A DNA stretch of 64,000 nt from Thalia democratica (lineage: Eukaryota), in assembly GCA_965202585.1 (NCBI GenBank), contig OZ241829.1, positions 14,880,001 through 14,944,000 on the forward strand, in the 5' to 3' direction. The translations under genes were made by a program, and so were the position numbers. A model generated the notes under the pieces. The model was not told where the DNA came from. It did not search any database and saw nothing but the letters and a program-made list of their open reading frames with translations. Shown here one piece after another: positions 1-11,248 of this stretch; positions within the stretch are counted from its first letter, which is position 1, and each line of letters starts with the position of its first letter.

Positions 1-1089
1 AACTAGTCATTTATAACTCTGGTAGTGTAATTGTTTTACTGGGAACAAATTGAATGTGTAGTGAATAAAGGAAATAATACATTTAAAACAAGTGCAAGTA
101 AACTAAAAGCAGAAATGAGGTCAGCTGTATAATGAAATAGTTTTTCAATAACAAGTCTATTTACTTTAACAAAGACAAAACGATTGTGAATATACTTGCT
201 CAAGCTAGTTGCAACTTATAATATGGTTGGTGTTGAAACTATTTTCCGCAAATAAAACTCACATATAGTAACTGTTTCATGCACATGCCTCTCAACTAGC
301 TTGTGCAACTGCAACTAAGGACAAAATACCTAAAGTAATTAAGAATGTCTAATGAGTTGTATTTGTAAATGTAGATGTAATTTTTTTCTAAAATACTTAT
401 TTGTTGGAACTATAAGACTTTTAATTAAATAAATAAAAGAACATGTTAAAAAACAATGTCAAGTTAGCACAGGGAGAAACTCATAAAAAGGTCAAAAAAG
501 GCTTCTAGAGAAATGTCTACCCAGCTATCAGTAAACTAAACGGAAAAGAACTTGATAATAAATATATAAAATGATGAGTTCATATTCGCAGTACATTTTC
601 TTGAGCTACAATTGGCGGACTATATGAATGCTGATACGAGTGTATATTTGTAAAAAACATGAAGTAGTAGAATTACATGTAAAGTATTTAAGATTTTTAA
701 TTTTTAGAGCTCAACCTGTAACGAAAAAAATTAATAGCAAGATATCTATAGTTTAAGAATTTTATCGGAAAGAAAAAAAAAAGATAGAGTATTCAAATAA
801 AGCATCTTCATAAAAAACGTTAAAAATTCTTTAAGCTATAATTAAAATGACTTATATGGTTAGGCTCGACTTGCCTACTGACTTATGACAAAGAAAACAT
901 TACGTTGAAAACCTTCTTTTATCTGCTTTTAATGGAGAAAAGTTCGGGGAAATAAAAAGTATCTGAAGGGGTATAATATTGTTATAAGGATTATTATTGT
1001 AAAACCGGCAATAATATGATTAGGCTCAGTTGTGGTGGACCCTGAAATTTTTCCAAGGAATTGATAAAATAATAGCAATTCAGAAAAGG

Positions 1090-1614
1090 CAGAAATCCAA
1101 TTAATTGTTCATATAATTAAAGTTAACGAAATCAACTTCGAAAAATTTGTTACCAAAAATATTGGTTTGTAGCTTTCCAACTTTTTGTCTTTAACTTTCG
1201 CTTGAAAACTAAACTTCTAATTTTCTATATATCGTATAAAAATTTAAATTTATAAAATTTAATTTTGTCAGTAAGAGAAGTACGGTTAACAGTCCCCATC
1301 GCTAAATGTAATTTTGTAAGTGTGCTAAGGACGTCATTAAATCCTAAGCAATTGAAAGAAAGATCGAGCGCATCAGAAAAGTTAAAGATGGTACTTCCTG
1401 AGTCTCTAAATAGGAAACAACTACTGGGTGTTGATGCCACGGAAGAGGATTGCAGTTTGGGATATTGAACCACAAAACTTTAATGACAAAATGAATCTGA
1501 AGTTGCTCGTTAACCCCGAAAAGTTTCCTGGAAATTCAGATCCGATGTCACACGCATATTTTGTAACATAAGGTCACATAACCAAGCGAGAAGAGCTGAA
1601 ATGGAGCTTTTCGA
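1090..1614 (+). pseudogene. SET-domain gene remnant, copy 1 (SETD8/PR-Set7-like), with GT-AG intron 1165-1271
   Basis: After the TTTGTCAG acceptor it reads VREVRLTVPIAKCNFV...LLGVDATEEDCSLG; after a frameshift MNLKLLVNPEKFPGNSDPMSHAYFVT*GHITKREELKWSF. This matches the SET pattern GRGV / VDAT..GSLGRL / A..DI..GEEL.(Y/W). Stops and frameshifts present. Confidence 0.7.
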
Positions 1615-2143
1615 AACCAAAGTCTCAAAACCAGCTAAAAGTTTTTGATAACTATGTGCACGTCATAATCAGTTAGAAAAATTTTAAATCAAAAATTAAA
1701 CAAAATCTTACTAAATACGTTTTTTTTTTCATGCTTTACTTGTGTTATTCTACATTTACAGAATGAAAACTCCCATATGACACCAATGTAGATTTGGCAA
1801 TGGAGTTAGTTGAAAAGACTTTTGATTTCGAAACCGTTAGCAGACGTCTATAAGTCAATCATAACACTGTTAAATAAGGGATAGTGAGTTTTTTTTTTCT
1901 TATTTTGAATAGGTGGTACAAAGGAAAGTTAGGGAATGATGAAATTATAACCCATATATGATCTGCACTTATAATAAAAGCTCTGGTGAGTTATGTAAAG
2001 ATTTCAACTGACTTTTCATGCTAAAAATTACTCTACAAACACTTTGTTGAAAACATGGTTTAATAGTGTAATTTTGGTTGTAAAAAGCAGCTAGTTCAAA
2101 CCCTACATAATAAAATAATTCAATAATTTTTTTTTTCGAAACA

Positions 2144-2470
2144 GGTTTCTTTTTTAAAAGCTATAACACTAGAAGTTTTTTCATTAATTAGTAAATGGAA
2201 ACACTTGCCAGAAAATGAGTTTACAAAACTTTTTTTATAAAGTTTCCTATGTTTAGTTTTTAGGCCACATTTTAAGTTAAGACAATGTGTACACTTTGAA
2301 AATACTGATAAAGCAGCCTTAAAATTGCAACTTAGATTGCCTACAGAATTAATTCCAATTAAAAACTTTCCAGCTGGGGACTGTTTGTTCAAGGCTATTT
2401 CCAAGTCACTATATGGTACTGGAGACCATCACTAAAGCCTAGGACTCCAAGATTTTATTTGGATGTTGCA
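2144..2470 (+). pseudogene. OTU/vertnin-like cysteine protease domain remnant, copy 1
   Basis: Reads DKAALKLQLRLPTELIPIKNFPAGDCLFKAISKSLYGTGDHH*SLGLQ, resembling OTU GDGNCLFRA.S..LYG....H..LR. Candidate acceptor CGAAACAG just upstream. Confidence 0.6.
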
Positions 2471-3002
2471 AAATAAAAAAACTGCTGTCCAAATTAAAAA
2501 ACTGAACAAACTAAAGTTATTTCACTGAATTTGATTTCTCTAAACTAACATTGGTGACAGATGGGGAACAAGCTCTAATAAATCTAGTATACAAAATACT
2601 TCCTAAAAGTTTAGATCCTTATTTAAAGATTAGATGAAAGTTTAAAATTTAGATTTAAAATAAGAAGATAATATAAATATTAGAAAACCAAACAATAGCT
2701 TTAGAAATTAGTAAAATATTTTTTTTCTAATTTAAGTAGTTTTTTGAAAGTAGTTAAGTTTTGTTAACTTGTATATCTTATAATATAAAGTTTCACTATT
2801 ATATTTCAAACTATTCTTTTATTTTGTTATAATTTGAAGAAAATAAATTTGTCTGATGTAAGTTTGTTTGTCCTATACTGTTTTACTCTTTAATAAAGCT
2901 TTTTAGAGGTAATTAAAAAGACTAAAACCATCAAACATTCAAGCAAAATTCTTATCTGACGAAAAAAAGATATCTTAATTAAAACCGCATATACTTTGTA
3001 TA

Positions 3003-3350
3003 ATATCTCCTTACATAGCTGCTGACTGGTAAGAGAATGCAGGTACAAGCAACAGGGGATTATAAAAGAAGTAAATGAAGCTAGTTGATTAAATGATAAA
3101 AAAGTCTTCAAATCCATAAAGTTTATTGACTGAATTGCAACTTGTTATAAACAAAACTGAAGTTTAAAAGTAAGAATTTTAACAGGGAGAAATTACTAGT
3201 TGTTCCAAGCATACTTCAAACAAAATTCTTAGCTGAAGATAAAAAATCTTTATTAGATTAATATTTAAAAAATCACAAGCAAGAAAAAGGCTTCGATTGC
3301 TGACTTTTAAGGGGTACGAATGCGTGTTTCAACAGGTTGCTTGATTGTAA
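3003..3350 (-). repeat. Unknown module C of the repeated unit (other copies at about 9060-9220, 10043-10370, 14900-15250, 19400-20110)
   Basis: Shared CCTTACAT.GCTGCTGACTGGTAAG.GAATGCAG and/or ATTGACTGAA.TGCAA core; the minus strand reads PAFPYQSAA. No family recognised. Confidence 0.75.
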
Positions 3351-3420
3351 AATTAATAAAAATTTCTGTTATGCCACACTAATAAACAGCATTGCTGGTT
3401 GATAAAAAACACAAAACTTT

Positions 3421-3715
3421 TTGAAAAAAATCTCTACGAATTGATAACAACTCTTTTGAATTTGTGTTAAATAAAATTGTTGAAATACAATCTGGAAGTA
3501 CTGATAATAACTGTTTTGATTTGTGTAAAATAAAATTGTTGAAAAAAATCTGTATGGACTGATATCAACTCTTTTGATTTTGAGTAAACTAAAATTGTTC
3601 AAATACAGTCTGTAGAGACTGATAATAACTCTTTTGATTTTGTGTTAAATGATGTTGTTGAAATACAATCTGTAAATACTGATAATAACTGTTTCGATTT
3701 TGTGTTATATAGAAA
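3421..3715 (+). repeat. 59-60 bp tandem repeat, about 5 copies
   Basis: Unit approximately GAAATACAATCTGTAGA.ACTGATAATAACTCTTTTGATTTTGTGTTAAAT.A..TTGTT; unit starts at 3421, 3480, 3539, 3598, 3658. Confidence 0.9.
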
Positions 3716-5049
3716 TTTTACGTTTGAAGAAAACCTTAATAACAATAATAATAAATTATATGTTAATACTGCTGCAGGTAGCTTTACTATATTCATTGAC
3801 CTGCAAGGAAAAACAAATTTTAGGTACAATGCGACAAATGCCTGAAATGGTATCACAGATGGTATCTTGAAATGTTGCCCAAACAATATAAAAAATAAAA
3901 GACAATAAATTTGTATTGGAGTTGCTCATTATGTGAATACATGTCAGATGGTAATAATTCATAAGTATCTGCCACAAATGCTATAGGCAAGTTATAGAAA
4001 TTGTTAAGAAGATAATTAAAGATAATAGTGGTTGGTTAAGTTAACTAAACTTTAGTGCTCAGTAGATTTTTGTTTTAAACTATAAGTTTATAAAAATCAA
4101 GATCAAGTTTTTTAGATTAACAAATTTCAGGTACACTGTGACGATTGCTTGAAATGGTATAATAGATGCAGTCTTGAAATTCTGCCTAAACAGTTTAACA
4201 AAATTCAAGACCTAAAGTTTAAACAGTTTTGTCATTTTTTAGAAACTTTTTACTGTGTATTAATCTCATGAAATGTACTGTGTATGTTTGCCTTTAACAT
4301 GAACAACAAGAAAAGTTTCTGGCTAGAGAGGGTGAATAGCAGTCCATGTATGAATTTAATAAAAAATTATAAATAAACAATAATCAATGTAAAATTTGTA
4401 AAAACAATAATTTAGAATCTAACATGATTACTATAACTGTCAAAGTTAGGAGACATCTACGTGGCCAAACAACAACTAAACAAATTTAGAGAATTCTAGA
4501 GAGTTGATATTTTAGAGATAATTGTATACTGTAATCTGTTAATAAATGGAGGAGGTCATCTAGCATTTGTTTTTTATACAGTTTCTTTTTAATTTTTCAA
4601 CTATTTGTTTTATTTTTTTTAGTCTAATTTTCGTACGATGTGGTATAAGTTTTAATTATATTAATTAACATAATTAATTTAAATTAGGAACTTAGTAAAG
4701 AGTTAAAAAAGAGAAGATTTTTTTTTTGAGAAATTCTGTTAATGATACTGAACAAAAAGGTAGCCATGGTGAAAGTTAATTCATCACTTAAAAAATTTGG
4801 ACCAGTGAATTCGCCAGGGCCTGAAGTAAACACGACATCTTTCAGGTTAAATCAGTCGTTTTCCAACATGAATATTGGAAGTCATGTGTCACATTTGCTA
4901 GATTTGAAGAAAACTTATAAACTCAATGTCTCAAATTTCAGTTTTACTTACTACGAAAAATAAGTAATGTTGCTTTACTAGGAAATAAAATCGAAGCAGT
5001 AATAAGACTGACGAAGTGCTAAGAATTGTTAGTGATACTTTTGCTTTGC

Positions 5050-5310
5050 TACTCTCAATTCGATCACAACTGCTCCTTGAGATTTCCTAACGTCAAATGT
5101 GATCGCCTGAACGTTATATGCGAGAAACTGAGAGGAGAAAATATGGAAATCTGCAAATATGTTTTATACCATATCTGCACGGTAACCAAAACCAAAGATT
5201 AACAAGGGTCATTCTACAAACTTCAAAACTATAATGTCGAAAGGTGGCACACGCCTAGTAGATGCAATGAAGAAAATAGGTAGTGTTCATGACACAGCTA
5301 CCTTAAAACT
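5050..5310 (+). mobile_element. N-terminal region of hAT-type transposase subfamily B (paralogs 10600-10860, 20370-20620)
   Basis: GATTTCCTAACGTCAAAT.TGATCG...GTGTTCATGACACAGCTACCTTAAAAC in three copies; in the other two copies it runs directly into LKRTKCT...FYIDESTDKS. Confidence 0.55.
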
Positions 5311-5349
5311 CTTAGAAATGCCACATGCAGTAAATCAAAGTTCTTTTCA

Positions 5350-6465
5350 AACATGAACTGCGGCTATATTTATCCGCTCTTGAAGACACATTACCTATCA
5401 CCAGAGCAGCTGAAAGAATGTAATATTAGTGATAATCCAGCCAAAATATTCCAAGCAGCTGGAAACAACCACCTTAGCAGATTTTGAAATGTCAAATGAG
5501 TTGAATGTGCAAGGGTGGTTAAGAAAAAATGTGTCTGAACATACTAATTTGAAAAAGCTAAATATTTATAAATTGAAAAACTGCCAATGAAATATATGTT
5601 TCTTAAACACTGCTGGGGAAGGTGACCAACATACTTACTTCAAAAACGATAAAAAAAAGTTTTATGACTACAAGAAGAAATCGAAGGTTCTAACTTATCT
5701 GAAATGATGAAACACATATGTAAATGGATGTCATAGATGTTGGTAGAATTATGTAAGTCTCACTTGTAATGACATAGATGTTGGTGAATAGTGTTAAATA
5801 TGTGTAGATCACATAGAAGCCTTTGGTCGTTTTGAAGTAGTTTGAATTAATAAAAAGTTTGAATTCATAAAGCTAAATAACCCGACAAGTTTCCTGGAAT
5901 TCCAGACACGATTATTCAGGTGAAAACTTGAGTTAAAAAAACAGTCTAATAATAAATTATAGTTATCTGAATGTTTAAAAACATTAAAAGAAGAAACTCT
6001 TGCAGTATTATTATAAAATTATATAGCTCATATCAATTCGATAAAAATAACTTTGAGAAGTTTAAGAAAGAATACTAGTAGCACAAAAGAAAAAAAGAAA
6101 TCGAGTTGAAAACTAAATAATAAATAATGACTTAATCAACATCGAAAAATTTGATACCTAAGTATTGGTTTGTAGTTTTCTAATTTTATGGTCTGTAATT
6201 TTCGTCTAAAGACTATACATCCGATTTTTCCTAAATCGTAAGAAAAAAAAATTTCTTGACAGGAAGTTCAACAGTCTACATCGCTAAAGGGTATTTTATT
6301 TGTACTTGTACCAGGACTGTCTTAAATTTTAAGCAATAGGGAGTTGCAATTAAAAAGCGAGGATAATGATACTTCGTTTTTTAGGGTCTTTACATACTGG
6401 ATAATCACGCTTGAGTGATGATACCATTGATAATGATGGCAGTTTGAAACGGCTGTTCAATCACA
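5350..6465 (+). pseudogene. Unknown module X plus SET-domain remnant, copy 2 (intron 6168-6262)
   Basis: Module X reads TLADFEMSNELNVQGWLRKNVSEHTNLKKL and NNPDKFPGIPD. The SET exon after TTGACAG reads STVYIAKGYFIC...DNDGSLKRLFNH. Confidence 0.65.
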
Positions 6466-6639
6466 TTGTTAACTTAATATTTCTTTTTCATAAAGGCATT
6501 GAAAATTCCAGTACTTAAATTACAAAAATGATGTTTACACTTTAAAAACAAAAACTGGTAACTAAAAAGTTCTGAGCTGCAAGAAGAAAAAAGTTGACCC
6601 CATTAAAAAAAACTATTTACTTTCAGTTTCTGTTCTAAG

Positions 6640-7370
6640 AAATCTTAATAAATCTATAAAAAGTTCCTTCAACTTCTACAACATCAGTTAAATATGCACA
6701 GTGTTCACAAACAGCTGTAATTGAAGCTAAAACTGCAATGCATCGTGCTATACATGGAAAAATGGCCACTAGTACATGTCTTATTAGTGCTAAAAAATAT
6801 GTTTAAGGCATAAGGACATTCAGTCTGTACATTTTGCAAGAACAAAATATACTGCAGAAGCGAAGAGCACTCTCATGCCAATGTGCAAAAATAGCATTTA
6901 TAAGACAATGGCTGTAGAGCATTTTGAATTTTTGTTGATGAGGCTACAGATAAGGCTGGTCACAACAGTTACTTTAGTTAGCTTTTAAAAATATAATTCT
7001 ATATAGTTATTCTTTTGAATCTGAGTTTCTGAAATCTTTTTTATAGTTCCCAATTTGAAAAAAGATTTGAAAACAATCAACCCTTTTCAAATTATTACCT
7101 CCTGCTCTAAGGGTTAATGCTTGCTACAGGGGTCATTGTTACCTGTTTTTAAAAGTCATGGTTGAAAAAGCATTTAGTCATAAGTAAGAATTTAATATTA
7201 AAATATTTTTAGGTATTGCTATCAAATACATCAGTTAAAAGAAAAAAGTCTAAAAAATACATTCATATGTTTTAAACATTTAGAAAAAGAAACAGAGCGG
7301 GCAACAGCCCAAGCTGTTGAAGACGTTTTTCAAGTTAATAATATACAAGTAGAGTATAGTCTTATTGGCA
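6640..7370 (+). mobile_element. Decayed hAT-type transposase, subfamily A (paralog 62810-63490)
   Basis: Reads AEAKTAMH.AIHG...HFARTKYTAEAKS.LMPMC...FVDEATDKAGH...AQAVEDVFQ. RTK.T and DE.TD are typical hAT/DUF4371 motifs. Multiple frameshifts. Confidence 0.65.
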
Positions 7371-7939
7371 TGTGTAAATGTGACTGTTTGAATTCAAATT
7401 AATCTTAGTACTTATTTTAAAACTCACTAGTGACAATTTTCAAAGTTTAATTTAATGTTTAGTCCTGATGTGTTTGATTTTAACAAAAAAAAAACATATA
7501 GACTTAAAAAAAGCTGAACAATTGTTGAATTCACTCAGAAACAAAATACATGAGCACCATGAAGAAAAAATGGAGCCTAAAGTAAACACTGTTATTTAAG
7601 ATCAAAACACAGTACTTTTGGAACTAATCAACTAAATAGTAATATTGAATCTTTAAAAACACATGTTTATTTTATTTAAACATTTTTTATTCATGAACAT
7701 TTTTTGATAAGTTAATAAAACCAGTAACTAATTAAAACTTAAACAATAGTTAGCATTATCACATTCATTTTTTTTTAGTGTCAACAACCTAAGTGATAAA
7801 AACCATTTTGTTACAAATATGGTGTAGCTGAAGAAGAAAAAGAAGGAACTTTGAAAAATAGTAAGAGATACATTAAATGCAGTTATGAATAAAAATATTT
7901 TACCCTTAACAGCTTGTAGCTAGATAAAACAAACCTAAC

Positions 7940-8240
7940 AGAGATAACGATACTTCATTTTTAGTTGCAGATAGGAGAATAGTACTGGGGTATTGATGCC
8001 ACAAAAGATGATGGTAGTTTGGATCGCTTATTGGATGATTAGTTTAAAGTTTTAGCCAAGGGTGAGACCTAAGTTTTTAATTACCGATTTATATCGTAGC
8101 CGCCAAAACCCAAATTACCAAATGAAGCTGTAGTAGCTTGTAACCTGACAAGTTTCCAGGATAGTATGATCCGATGCCGCACGCATTTTATGTGGCTTCT
8201 GCTGACATAGCTAAGGGGATAAGAGCTGAGATGATATATG
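7940..8240 (+). pseudogene. SET-domain remnant, copy 3 (C-terminal half)
   Basis: Reads YWGIDATKDDGSLDRLLDD...NPNYQMKL...PDKFPG*YDPMPHAFYVASADIAKG. Confidence 0.65.
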
Positions 8241-8420
8241 AAAATATTTTTGAAACAGATAAACAGTTGAACATTGTATTGAAACTTTAACTATCGTTAC
8301 TGAGAATATTTTTGAAAAAGTGAATGATTGGATATTGTATTGACAACCATCACTATATTAGAATGTTTTTGAAATAGATGAATAGTTGCACATTATATTC
8401 AAACATCAATGATGGCTTAT
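8240..8420 (+). repeat. Degenerate tandem repeat of about 60 bp, 3 copies
   Basis: GAA(A)TATTTTTGAAA..GAT.AA.AGTTG.ACATT.TATT recurs about every 60 nt. Confidence 0.6.
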
Positions 8421-10039
8421 AAAATATTATTTATAAGCACCACGCGTTTATATAGCAGTTTTAAGGAATAATTACCAATTTAAATAACAACTTCGTAAGA
8501 AGATCAAGCTGCAATCAACTATTTTGTTTATGTAAATAAATTTTAAAAATCAAATTAGTAAAAATAAATTTAATCAGAAACTGCATATACAAAGAAAGGA
8601 GATAGGAAGGTATTCTGGCTGCATTCGGATGGCCAGCAGAGAAAGAAATAGAATTATTATGTATTAAACAGATTTAGTAACTTTAAACGACGTAAAAAAT
8701 TAAGTAAGTTGGTGTTTTGTTTGTAGTATAAAGATTAAAATTTTAAGTAGATTATTATGTTTTTAAGAACTTAAATGAATGGTCCTAAGTTATATTAAGT
8801 TTACTTTTTCAATGTGCGTTTAGCACTACTAAATAAATTTTTGAAGCAGAATTGGTTTTTATTTGCAGTTTATATAAAACCTTGAGGAAAATCAGACAAG
8901 GAAAAGTCTTAAACACAGGGATAAAGGGAACTCCTTACAATTCAGAATGTAAAACTCCAATCAAAAAGACGTTTTTGGAGTCGTGTTGGCTTACTATTAT
9001 TTAAGCAAGTGGCTGATAAAAAGAGCAGAAATAAAACTTTCAAACTGATTCTTAAACTCCTTCATATAAATGAAGCAAGTACATTGACTGAGCTGCAATT
9101 TCTTATAAAAGTTTAAAAATAATAGTTACTGCTAACAGTGAGAAATTACCACAAACTTAAAAATATATACTGTAGTTATTTATAAGCTTGTAATAAATAA
9201 AAAACACCACAAGCGTTAAAGATTTTTAGCTTCTTTTGCTTTCTGTTTTAACTGAAGCAATCGAAAGTCAAACTTATAAAAATGGAAACACACTTGATCT
9301 CCTTATTTGCAACCATATCGGTTTAGATAGATCTCATTCAACTACTTTTTTTCAGAATATAGCTTTGAGAAATTATATTTTGTCTTTTTTCTAAAACTGT
9401 TCTGATATATAAGTACGTGCTTTACAAACTTAATTTAAAACATTTTAAACCTTGTAAAAGTCTAAGTAAGTTGACCAGTTTTAGTTGAAATTACTCAATA
9501 GATAAAAATCAGTTTTCATATCCTTTGTTTGTTATGATTTGCCTACAGTATCTGCTGCTGGAAACCGATCAAAGCTTCAGAAAAAATTAACTTATTTTTC
9601 GGCTTATTGGTTTTGCTGCATTAATGCCTGAAGTATAAATTTCTTACAATGAAATGAAGTTACCTTGTAGTGATTTAACTGTCAAAAAGGCGGAAGACCA
9701 TATCAGCAATTTTCAAAATTAGTTGCTAGAACTAGAAATTCTAGCATAACAAGAAAATGATAATGTAAATCTCTGTGCTTCTGTAGAAAAAGTTTGCAAC
9801 AGTGTTCATCTAGATGTCGCAGAAAGGTTTAAGTTCTGATCACTTACGCATTGCTCAGATATTTGATGAAAAACCATGTATTTATCTACATTTTTCTCAG
9901 ATTTAACAGAAAAAGTGATATGTATTATCCAGATAAAGAGTGTAAAATTTTAGTTTACTCTCTGCTTCTGATCTTTTTACAAAATGTTTTTTTTTTAAGA
10001 AAATATTATAACTTTAAAATTAGTTCATGCTTTAAATAT

Positions 10040-11000
10040 TAACATTTCCTTACATCTGCTGCTGACTGGTAAGGGAATGCAGGTTTAATAATGTGGCTTG
10101 TACAAAAGGTGTAAATAATGCTATTTAATTAATAGATAAAAGTCTTCATATCAATGAAGCAAGCACATTGACTGAACTGCAATTTGTTATATTAGAAGAA
10201 TGAAAAAATAAACAAGTAAGACTGCAAACAGAGAAATTACCAGCCGTTATAAGAAACTTCAACTCAAGTCTGTTGATAAAAAACTTAATATAAACAAAAA
10301 CATTTACAAGCGTTAAAGAATGTCTTTTGCTGAATGTTAAGATATAAAAATGCATGTTTCAACAGGTTGTTAAACTTTTTAGAAATTACCACACTTAACT
10401 GATAGGCCACACCAATTCACAATTTTTAAAATAAGTCACATCAATATATAAATACAAACACAGCATCTTATTATGCTTGGTGTCACTGTAGAGTGCGGTT
10501 GAAAAAGTTTGATCCTTGTTCAGTTGAAAAAGACGAAAAATATTCGAACTTTGGTCAGAAATGGAAAATTCAAGCACGATGTCTGCAGTAACATCAACTG
10601 TTTACTTCTCTCAACTCGATCAGCGACTACTCCATGAGATTTCCCAACGTCAAATTTGATCGACTGAACGGCAAGTGTGCAAGAAAATATGGAAACCTGC
10701 AAAATGTCTTACACCATGTTTGCAGGGTAATAAAAAGATAAAGATTCAAACGTTTTTCTACAAACTTAAATCCTATAATGTCGAAAAGTGGCACACACCT
10801 AATAAATCTTATGAAGAAAATAGGTAGTGTTCATGACACAGCTACCTTAAAACGAAAAAAAAACATACAAAAATTGTAACTAACACTCTTGCACCTATAT
10901 TCAGAAAACTAACTGATATGATTGGAAACAGTTGTAGTTTTTACATAGATGAAAGCACAGACAAATCATGATGCAGTTTTCTGGGTTAAATGATTTTTAA
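10040..11000 (+). mobile_element. Module C + hAT-type transposase subfamily B N-terminus, truncated; paralog of 19380-20760
   Basis: Collinear with 19380-20760; ends with SCSFYIDESTDKS*CSF just before the Penelope-like insertion. Confidence 0.7.
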
Positions 11001-11120
11001 TAATCTTTAACTTTTTTTTTTGTTTTTATGGTTACTCTACTAGTAAATTTGACTATTACTATTTAAGAGTGCTCGATTTACATGTGTAAAGAGCTAATAA
11101 TACAAATAGAGTGCTATAGT

Positions 11121-11187
11121 TTATTTTGTTTAACAACAGCTGTTTCGAAAGACAGATAGTCAATCTCTTCAGGCTTCAACAAAATAA
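11121..11187 (-). ncRNA. Inverted copy of the same hammerhead ribozyme at the PLE 5' end
   Basis: Exact reverse complement of 13814-13880. Confidence 0.8.
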
Positions 11188-11248
11188 GAATAAGCACGTT
11201 TTAGGCAACTATTAATAAATACAATAACTACACATTTTACTATTGATA

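Larger units (their letters stand above)
1990..3500 (+). repeat. About 1.5-kb direct repeat (OTU module + unknown module C), paralog of 13901-15390
   Basis: Long collinear matches, e.g. TTTGTTGAAAACATGGTTTAATAGTG and GGGGACTGTTTGTTCAAGGCTAT, in both copies. Confidence 0.9.

Noticed and set aside
9250-9340. LINE endonuclease scrap (QTYKNGNTLDLLIC)
   Set aside because: A single short motif with no other element features; plausible but unsupported.
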